Below are positions 56,324 to 64,000 of a stretch of 64,000 bases of DNA, piece by piece. Both the position numbers and the translations under genes were made by a program. Every line of letters starts with the position of its first letter. Positions within the stretch are counted from its first letter, which is position 1. Source of the DNA: Candidatus Latescibacterota bacterium (lineage in GTDB: Bacteria > Latescibacterota > UBA2968 > GCA-2709665); NCBI GenBank assembly GCA_965219455.1, contig OZ244744.1:4128001-4192000 (forward strand), in the 5' to 3' direction. The notes under the pieces were generated by a model. The model saw only the letters and a list, made by a program, of their open reading frames with translations, was not told where the DNA came from and did no database searches.

Positions 56324-59311
56324 ATGAAACGGACAAATATCGCGGGTCTGGGGTCCGTGGCAGGAGTGGTTGGTGTGGCGATACTCGGCGTACCATCGTC
56401 GACGTTCGACATGGGGTCTTCGAGAATCGAAACGTATGTGTTTTTGTTGTCCCTCGTGGTTTTTCTGCTGGCGGGGTTCAAGAGCGCCCAGGCTGGACCG
56501 CGCACGATGTACAAACCGCGGGATATCGAAAATGCTCGACGGAACCTGGCGCGCTACGGCTGGGCGAAGGAAATCGTGGAGGGATGGGAGCGGGACGTTG
56601 CGTTGGCGATGCGGCAGGATCGGGCGTTTTTCCATGCGCTGATTCCGGAGTTGACTCCCGGGACCCACTACGGTCAGAACTGCCCCCACTGTGTGGGTAC
56701 GCGGTCGCTGATGGGCGGCGGGCATTTTACCTGGAAGATTGACAGTCCGGACGAAATCACCTGCAGCTCCTGCGGGACGGTGTATCCGAACGCGCGGTAT
56801 GCGGAAACCGGCGTTCTCGAATGCCCGCGCATGGGTCAGCGGTTTACTTACTACCGGACGCCGGAGGAAGTGGCCGATCCGGAGAATCGGGCGGAGCATG
56901 CTCTAAAGTGGCTTGGGGACCGACCCACGATGACGAGTTTCAGCGGTCATATTCGAGACTGCAAGGTGGGCTGGGCCACGGCCCAGGCGTTGACGCTGGC
57001 AAAGCTCTACGCCGTCACGGGGGAGATCGGATACGCACAGCGGGCGGCATGGATTCTGGATCGGATTGCCCGTGTGTTCCCGAACTATCTCTATCATTCT
57101 TACGACGGCAGCATTGCGGATCTACCGCCTGCGGAGGTGGCTGCCAATATGGGCAGAGCGGAGGAGGCGGGTGGACCTCACGGGGGACGTTTCCCGAGGG
57201 GCGCGATTCGCCATGCGTACGGGTTGCACCAGTTTAAAGATTATTCTACGATGAACAATGGGTTCTGGGGCGCCGGCCGGATGAGCGTACATGGGAAGGG
57301 AAGCGACGCCGGGGCGTTGATTGCATTGACGGTTGCCTTTGATTTGATTCGCGGCGCGGAACACCCGGACGGTCGTCCGCTGCTCGGTGAAGAGCCGGAA
57401 CGCCGGATTCTGGAGGATCTTATTCTGGCCGGGTGTGTGGATATGGAACATTGGAATTCTCTCAGCAACAAGGGGACGGCAGTCTTTGCGTTGATCGCCG
57501 CGGTGGGGATGCTTCTGGAACAGCCTGAGAGAGTCCGGCGTGCGCTGGACGGTTTTCACCGAATGCTGGAAGAACGCTACCACCACGACGGGTTCTACGC
57601 GGAGTCGCCCTCATACGGGGCCCACAATCTTGCGAACATGTACGAGCTCACCGATCTGCTGCAGGGATACAGCGACCCGCCCGGATATCGTCCGGGCGAT
57701 GGTGAGCGGATCACACGTCTGGATCTGTTTTCCAGCGGCCGCTTCCATCTCTCCCTGCTGTCTCAGGTGCGGATGTTGGCCCCAGGTAATCGGATGCCGG
57801 TGATCGGGGACACACGTTACGATACCGGAGCGGATCTTCTTTCGGTTGACATGCTTGCCGCCCGTTTGGGTGGTGCCTATGCCGGACTGCTGGAAAGTGT
57901 CCAGGGCGGGAAACTCTCCGAAAAGGGCACCGAATACGCGCTGTGGTACCGGCCGTACGGTCTTAAAGCCGAATTGGCGGTGCTGCCGCTGCGCTCCGAG
58001 TGGTTCCCGGGCTGGCACGTGGGCGTGCTGCGAGGCGCTCGGAAGGCACAAGACACGGCCCTGTTCCTGAATGGCAATGAACATCAGTGGACCGTGCAGA
58101 CCGGTCACCGACAGCAGGATGTACTGAGCTTGAGCATCTATGCCTATGGAGAGGAACTGGCATCGGACCGGGGCTACTTCTCCGGAAGCCGCCAGCTCTT
58201 GCCAGACGGTCGAAGCGGTCAGGTCTGGACGAAGAGCAGTTTTTCGCATAACCTGGTGGTCGTGGATGAAGAGGAACAGGCGACACGGGCGTGTGGCACC
58301 AATCTGGAGCTGTTCGGTCAGGCGCCCGGCATCGAAGTCGTGCAGGCATCGGGTGTGAACGTGTACCCCCAGTGCGAGGAGTATCGACGCACGTGCGTGA
58401 TGGTGACCACACCTGAGGGACAGGTCTATATTTTGGATCTCTTCAGGGTTAAAGGAGGGCGGACCCACCAGTACAACTTCCACTGCAACGGTTCGCCGAT
58501 CGAATTCCGGCCGGCGGAGCCTGCCCCGCAGCCCACCGAGGTGTCGGATGCATGGGGTACGTGGCTCGAGAATACGCACGGGACGTCGCCGGAAGAACCG
58601 ACCACATTTACCTGGCAATTCAGGGATGTGAATCTGGATTTGACACTCCTCAATACACCGGAACGGATCGTGATCGGCGATGCTCCGGGATGGCGGGTTT
58701 CGACGACTGATGAGTTGAAGAAACCAGCGATCAGGCAGATTTTCGCGGAGAACAGGGCCGGGGTTGGCAATGCGGATCTTGCCAGCCGGTATGCCGCCGT
58801 GGTCGCGCCCTACAAATCCGGAGGGTCACCGGTGGTTGGGGCGAGGTTGCTGGAAGATGATCCGGATTCCGGCGTTCTTGCGGCTGAGGTAAAGCTGGCT
58901 GGGCGGACCGATTATATCATCTCAACACTGGATCAGATCGAGCGCAAGGTGGGCCCGGTGACTGTAGCCGGACAGTTTGCCTTTGTGTCGGTGGACGATC
59001 GGGGGGCAGCCCTTCAGGGCTATCTGCTGAACGGCACGACACTGAAGTGCGGCGACTTACAGATTTCGCGTGGGGAGCCAAACACGACTTTGAAGGTGCA
59101 GTCGGTGGAGGACCGGACGTTCCACCTTGCCGACCCGTTGCCGGACCCGCAGGGTGTCGTCGGCTCCTATTTACTGGCCGGTGGGGAGCCCCAAACGGGT
59201 TTCGAGATTGAATCTGCCACGGAAAACGCGATTACGGTCAGAGACTATCCTGCGATTCCAACCGAGACGATAACAATTTTGAATTCCGGTTGGGCAGATA
59301 CGCAAGGTTGA
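56324..59311 (+). CDS. Exported heparinase II/III-like protein
   Basis: AAGGAG RBS; hydrophobic leader; DGFYAESPSY, GHRQQDVL, DRGY, SHNLVVVD, LDLFRVKGG.THQY. Confidence 0.85.
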   Translation: MKRTNIAGLGSVAGVVGVAILGVPSSTFDMGSSRIETYVFLLSLVVFLLAGFKSAQAGPRTMYKPRDIENARRNLARYGWAKEIVEGWERDVALAMRQDRAFFHALIPELTPGTHYGQNCPHCVGTRSLMGGGHFTWKIDSPDEITCSSCGTVYPNARYAETGVLECPRMGQRFTYYRTPEEVADPENRAEHALKWLGDRPTMTSFSGHIRDCKVGWATAQALTLAKLYAVTGEIGYAQRAAWILDRIARVFPNYLYHSYDGSIADLPPAEVAANMGRAEEAGGPHGGRFPRGAIRHAYGLHQFKDYSTMNNGFWGAGRMSVHGKGSDAGALIALTVAFDLIRGAEHPDGRPLLGEEPERRILEDLILAGCVDMEHWNSLSNKGTAVFALIAAVGMLLEQPERVRRALDGFHRMLEERYHHDGFYAESPSYGAHNLANMYELTDLLQGYSDPPGYRPGDGERITRLDLFSSGRFHLSLLSQVRMLAPGNRMPVIGDTRYDTGADLLSVDMLAARLGGAYAGLLESVQGGKLSEKGTEYALWYRPYGLKAELAVLPLRSEWFPGWHVGVLRGARKAQDTALFLNGNEHQWTVQTGHRQQDVLSLSIYAYGEELASDRGYFSGSRQLLPDGRSGQVWTKSSFSHNLVVVDEEEQATRACGTNLELFGQAPGIEVVQASGVNVYPQCEEYRRTCVMVTTPEGQVYILDLFRVKGGRTHQYNFHCNGSPIEFRPAEPAPQPTEVSDAWGTWLENTHGTSPEEPTTFTWQFRDVNLDLTLLNTPERIVIGDAPGWRVSTTDELKKPAIRQIFAENRAGVGNADLASRYAAVVAPYKSGGSPVVGARLLEDDPDSGVLAAEVKLAGRTDYIISTLDQIERKVGPVTVAGQFAFVSVDDRGAALQGYLLNGTTLKCGDLQISRGEPNTTLKVQSVEDRTFHLADPLPDPQGVVGSYLLAGGEPQTGFEIESATENAITVRDYPAIPTETITILNSGWADTQG

Positions 59312-59373
59312 AACACGGGCCGATTCATTCAGGCTCGCAGGCCTTTTGCCGGGATGCATTGGGGAGGGATTTC

Positions 59374-60411
59374 ATGCAGATTTTCGATCGATACGCAGAT
59401 CTCGTGAGATGGACGGAAACAAGAGGATTCAAGCCGACCAACCTTGGATGTGCGCCGGACGGAGCGCCGGTGGTGTGTCTCAGAACAGGAGGCGAGAAGA
59501 TGCCGGCGATATTCATCAGCGCCGGCAGCCATTCGACGGAACAGGCGGGCGTAGGGGCGGCCGCCGGGCTCCTGGACGAATTGGAGACCGAGCATCAGGT
59601 CTATGTGATTCCCAGTCGCGATCCCATGGGGATGAATGGGTACGGGTACGCGCTGAGCTTGAGCCTGGGCGAGGAGCCGGAACTGGGTTCGGTTGAGGAT
59701 GTTCGGGCATTCCTGAAGGCGCGGGGCGAGGTGCTTTACGAACAGGACGGGACGGTTCTTGCGATTATAGGTGAGTACGGGTATTCGACGACGGGTCTTC
59801 TCGGTCGTTTCGAGGTGGGGGCCGATTTTCTGCAACCCCTTTTTGGCAGACGGATCTTCTATCCTTCGAGCGAGGAGGGCATCGAAGGCACGGCGCAATG
59901 CCAGAGAGCCTATACACTGATTGTCAGCCCGGAAGGCGAGGTGTTGCACATCAACCGGTTTCACGATACGCCGTGGGCGCCGGTTGAATCCCGCTGCGTG
60001 CGCAATCTGATGGCGAGGATCCGGCCGGGACTTACGCTGGACCTCCACGAGTATGGAGGAGACGGTTTCTGGTTCTCGGCGCGGCATCAGCAAAATGAAG
60101 ATGACGAATTGTGGGAAAAGCGAATGGCCGATGCGATGATTCGGGCTGTCGCCGGTTCCGGGGCGCAGCTTGCGCCTCAAGGCTATGCGCCCGGTGCGTT
60201 CTTCGAGACGGGTGAACGCGGCGTGCTCTGGCTGATTGCGGCGGAACGCGGCGAAGGGTTGAATCTGGCCGATTACGGGGCGAACAGGTACGGACCCTCG
60301 TTCACGATAGAAACGGGGATGACGATGAAGGGCGGTTACCAGGAGCGAGTGGAAACGTCCATGCTGGCGGCTCGTACAGCGATTTCGGTTTTTGAGGATC
60401 GCTGGCGATGA
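59374..60411 (+). CDS. M14 carboxypeptidase/deacylase-like Zn hydrolase
   Basis: AGSHSTE (HxxE), RDPMG, INR, LDLHE, FTIET; ATG 59374 after GGAGG. Confidence 0.7.
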   Translation: MQIFDRYADLVRWTETRGFKPTNLGCAPDGAPVVCLRTGGEKMPAIFISAGSHSTEQAGVGAAAGLLDELETEHQVYVIPSRDPMGMNGYGYALSLSLGEEPELGSVEDVRAFLKARGEVLYEQDGTVLAIIGEYGYSTTGLLGRFEVGADFLQPLFGRRIFYPSSEEGIEGTAQCQRAYTLIVSPEGEVLHINRFHDTPWAPVESRCVRNLMARIRPGLTLDLHEYGGDGFWFSARHQQNEDDELWEKRMADAMIRAVAGSGAQLAPQGYAPGAFFETGERGVLWLIAAERGEGLNLADYGANRYGPSFTIETGMTMKGGYQERVETSMLAARTAISVFEDRWR

Positions 60412-61607
60412 GAAGGGAGACACCGGTGGCAGAGCCCCATGATTCCTGCGAATCCCTGCTTCAGGCGATGGTCGGATTCGACACCGTCAATTCGGCGATT
60501 TCCGGGAAGCCGGATGCGGAGCGGGCGCTTTCGGTGTATATGGAGGGGCAGGCTGAGGCAATGGGGCTCGATACGCGCCGATTGCCGGTGACAGGGGACG
60601 GGTTCAATCTGTTGGTCACTCACCAGGTGGATCGACAGGCGCCGTGGCTGCTGTTTGAAAGCCACCTTGATACGGTGAGCGTTGACGGGATGACGGTGGA
60701 TCCGTTCGAGGGACGGATTCTGGGCGGGAGACTGTATGGTCGGGGCGCGTGCGATACGAAGGGTACGGGCGCGGCAATGTTTTGGGCGCTTTTTCGATAC
60801 CGTCAGCGCGGGGGCCGGAACAACGTGGCGATCCTGTTTACCCTGGACGAGGAGATCGGAAAGACGGGCGTACGCACCTTTGTGGCGTCGCAGTTACCGG
60901 ACCTGGGCTGGCGGCCGGTGGGTGTGGTCGTGGGTGAGCCCACAAAACTTCGGGCCGTGGTTGCTCACAACGGCGTGGTGCGCTGGCGAATTCGGACGCA
61001 GGGCGTGGCCGCCCACTCTTCGAATCCCGGCAGAGGACGGTCCGCCATTGGCATGATAACGGAGGTGATCGGGGCGCTCGAGGAACGCTATATTCCCCGT
61101 CTGACGGCTGAACATCCTCTGACAGGCAAGGCGCAATGCAGCATCAATCTCATCAGGGGCGGGACCCAAATCAACATTATCCCGGAACACTGCGAGATTC
61201 ATGTGGACAGGCGCCTGGTGCCAGGCGAGGATCCGGACACGGTCATACCGGCGGTGGAACGCATTCTGGATGAACTTCGGGCGGGCAATCCGAATTTGAC
61301 GGTCGTTCAGGAAGCGCCCGACATGTTGGATAGCCCGCTGGACCCGACAGGAGGCAGAGAGTTCGGCGCATTCGTGGCCTCTGTGCTGAAATCGACGGGT
61401 CTGCCGGACGGCCTGACCGGCGTCGGCTACGGGACGGATGCCAGCAGCTTCAGCCGTGTGGGTATCCCGGCGGTTGTTCTTGGGCCGGGGGACATCGCAC
61501 AGGCACACACGGCAGGCGAGTGGATCGATCTCGGGCAGTTGAATTCAGGCGTTGACGTGTACCACAACCTGATGATGAGCAAGGTGCCAATGCATTTTTT
61601 AGAATAA
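60408..61607 (+). CDS. M20 family metallopeptidase (ArgE/DapE-like deacylase)
   Basis: ESHLDTV, GRGACDTKG, DEE, GEPT, AHSS, GTDA, AH; ATGA overlap with the upstream gene. Confidence 0.92.
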   Translation: MRRETPVAEPHDSCESLLQAMVGFDTVNSAISGKPDAERALSVYMEGQAEAMGLDTRRLPVTGDGFNLLVTHQVDRQAPWLLFESHLDTVSVDGMTVDPFEGRILGGRLYGRGACDTKGTGAAMFWALFRYRQRGGRNNVAILFTLDEEIGKTGVRTFVASQLPDLGWRPVGVVVGEPTKLRAVVAHNGVVRWRIRTQGVAAHSSNPGRGRSAIGMITEVIGALEERYIPRLTAEHPLTGKAQCSINLIRGGTQINIIPEHCEIHVDRRLVPGEDPDTVIPAVERILDELRAGNPNLTVVQEAPDMLDSPLDPTGGREFGAFVASVLKSTGLPDGLTGVGYGTDASSFSRVGIPAVVLGPGDIAQAHTAGEWIDLGQLNSGVDVYHNLMMSKVPMHFLE

Positions 61608-61761
61608 ATTGGCTATATCGGATTTATTGCCAGGTTTTCCTTTTCTGAGATTGGTAGCTGTTTTTACCCGCAAATTTGTTTTGGCAGGGACACTCTCGTT
61701 GTTTCGAAAGGTCGTCGAGAGACAAATCCTTTTTTCGTATGGAATTCATTTATGTAAGAGA

Positions 61762-62325
<564 letters not shown>

Positions 62326-62458
62326 TTACCGAGTTCCGAGCTTCCCGCTCCATTCCTCCTGACAGTGAACCCGGGTCGCGTTGTGGATTCGAATATAGCA
62401 CCCTATGCGTTGCCAACCATCCAAATTGCGGTTGACATCGCCCATCCTGCATCCGCGC

Positions 62459-63214
62459 CTACGCCTTATCCCATTCCGCATGAACAGTGCAGGCCGAAAG
62501 TTGAACTCGTCTGACCGTTATCTTTGCATCGGACCGGTCGATCGCCACCACTGCCGCCACGCGATCTCCAACGGTACATTCGATCACTGGCGCATCCCGT
62601 TCGAAGACCTTTAGGGGCGTCTGCTGAATGGAGTTAAAGATGCTGATCGGAACCTCAACAAGCTGATACTTGTGCGGGATCTTGCCAATGTCTTCCCGAA
62701 ACGCTCTGAGCATGACGATCTGAGTAACGGCCCTCTGGTACTGCCTGAACAATTCAAGTGTACGGTCTCGTCGATCTCTGGCGGTGCGTACGTCCTGAAT
62801 CCACGCGGCCTCCGTCAGTTTGGAAATGTGCAATGCAGTCTTGGTTAAGTTCTTGGCTGCAGTGGATTTTAGAGACAATCGCCGACGGTTACCTGACTTA
62901 GGACGAACGACCATATCAACAAATCGCTGAGTTCGGGAGCCAGGAGGATCAACTGACCAGTTAAGGTGTTCACAGGCGTTTCTGAACACAGTCTCAAACG
63001 ACGAGAGCCCCAACGGCTCGGTAGTAGCTCCATGGTGAACCGATAAAGCAAGCCCGAAGTATTCAATCCAGTCTGGCTCACCCGTCAGCCATGTTCCTCT
63101 AGATCGAATGTTGGCACTCGGAGGTTTCGCCAAGGATTCCATAACCCTTGCAACGAATTCGATCTTGACCGGTGAGAATGCATCGAGAGTTGCCTTGAGT
63201 TCATCAAGCGTCAT
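62459..63214 (-). CDS. Type II restriction endonuclease, SmaI-like
   Basis: VHH...FE, SLKSTAAKNL...HISK..E, YQLVEVP and C.VH..WD match R.SmaI motifs as I recall them; ATGA overlap with the MTase. Confidence 0.72.
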   Translation of the reverse strand: MTLDELKATLDAFSPVKIEFVARVMESLAKPPSANIRSRGTWLTGEPDWIEYFGLALSVHHGATTEPLGLSSFETVFRNACEHLNWSVDPPGSRTQRFVDMVVRPKSGNRRRLSLKSTAAKNLTKTALHISKLTEAAWIQDVRTARDRRDRTLELFRQYQRAVTQIVMLRAFREDIGKIPHKYQLVEVPISIFNSIQQTPLKVFERDAPVIECTVGDRVAAVVAIDRSDAKITVRRVQLSACTVHAEWDKA

Positions 63215-64000
63215 GATACGCACAACCGCCGTTCAATCAGGTCCACGAAACCGGGCTTGAGTTCAATCCCAACCCACCTTCGCCCAAGTTCACGTGCCGC
63301 CAGTAGAGTTGTTCCCGAACCCGCATACGGGTCGAGTACGATACTGTCGTCTCTGCTTGTGATGGCTACGCAGCATCGAGCAACCGATAGAGGCATCATC
63401 GCAGGATGGTCATCCGCCTTCCCATTTACGCGCTTCACCGGTTCAGTGGGAATCTCCCAAACCGTTCGAAGGCGACGGTCACGCGGCCCCTTGACGATTT
63501 CGTGGTCGTAGTAATAGTCCTTGTCTTTTGACAAGAGGAAAACAGTCTCGTGAGCTTTGGTTGGCCGGTCTTGAACGGACTCAGGATGGGCGTTCGGCTT
63601 GTGCCAAATGACTTCACTACGAACCCACCAACCCGCATCCTGTAGAGCGAACGCCAATCTCCAGGGAACACCTATCAAGTCCTTTGGCTTAAGTCCTTCC
63701 GGCGTCGGCGGTCGCACTGCCATAGCGCGTGCACGGTTTTTTCGATCTGGCGCCCGATATTTCCGGTTGCCGGATGTGTAGGAATCACCAACGTTCAGCC
63801 AGACAGTGCCATCGTCGCGCAAGACACGCCTTATCTGCTCGAAGGTGCAAACAATGCTCTTGACGTAGCCGCGCAGGCTGTCGTCCCGCCCAATCTGTTC
63901 CGCAACCCCGTAATCGCGCAGTGACCAATAGGGCGGTGACGTGACAACGGTCTGAATGGACTTTTCAGGGAGAAGCTTCAGAGCTTGCGTGGCATCGCCG
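63211..64000 (-). CDS. Beta-class N4-cytosine (N4/N6) DNA methyltransferase, 5' end outside the window
   Basis: VVTSPPYW at ~63925-63948, WLNVGDSY, KDLIGVPWRLAFALQ, HPA, VLDPYAGSGTT. Confidence 0.92.
   Translation of the reverse strand, partial: GDATQALKLLPEKSIQTVVTSPPYWSLRDYGVAEQIGRDDSLRGYVKSIVCTFEQIRRVLRDDGTVWLNVGDSYTSGNRKYRAPDRKNRARAMAVRPPTPEGLKPKDLIGVPWRLAFALQDAGWWVRSEVIWHKPNAHPESVQDRPTKAHETVFLLSKDKDYYYDHEIVKGPRDRRLRTVWEIPTEPVKRVNGKADDHPAMMPLSVARCCVAITSRDDSIVLDPYAGSGTTLLAARELGRRWVGIELKPGFVDLIERRLCVS

Overview
GC-rich (~60% by eye) bacterial chromosome segment. Its gene content suggests Ca. Latescibacterota or a related FCB-group lineage, possibly sponge-associated. This is an inference from two PorV/PorQ barrels, two GWxTD-TPR proteins, a DUF6785-type membrane protein, an M28-FtsX fusion, a DFDG dockerin/EF-hand module, PhyH and heparinase paralogs and an NHL-repeat lipoprotein. 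The left part (1-18.7 kb) holds envelope and housekeeping genes: a >1090-aa M28-like/FtsX membrane protein that the ORF track misses, LamG and TPR proteins, a holin-like gene, a DUF4398-L,D-transpeptidase-PorV-era operon, a gluzincin/PD40/Omp85 fusion, an HTH-MBL hydrolase, rpiA and an orphan sucD. The middle (19-26.5 kb) is a self-contained cassette of small OM barrel, TonB-dependent receptor, large secreted protein with a T9SS-like C-terminal domain and a PorV barrel. It is followed by GWxTD proteins bracketing aminotransferase, GGT and DUF6785 genes, and it is my best candidate for an undescribed system. The right part (40-61.6 kb) is a catabolic region with a sulfatase, CocE hydrolase, oxidoreductases, two heparinase II/III proteins, two PhyH-like Fe/2OG enzymes (one with a halogenase-type HxG motif), a deacetylase, an amidohydrolase and M14/M20 hydrolases. 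The window ends in a lower-GC defence islet with a decayed BrnT/BrnA pair and a SmaI-like restriction-modification system. Non-coding features are two copies of a 160-bp MITE, GTAG-type REPs, several strong hairpins and an apparent GC-skew switch near 18 kb. I recognised no tRNA, rRNA or CRISPR array. All family calls come from motif recognition, not database searches.
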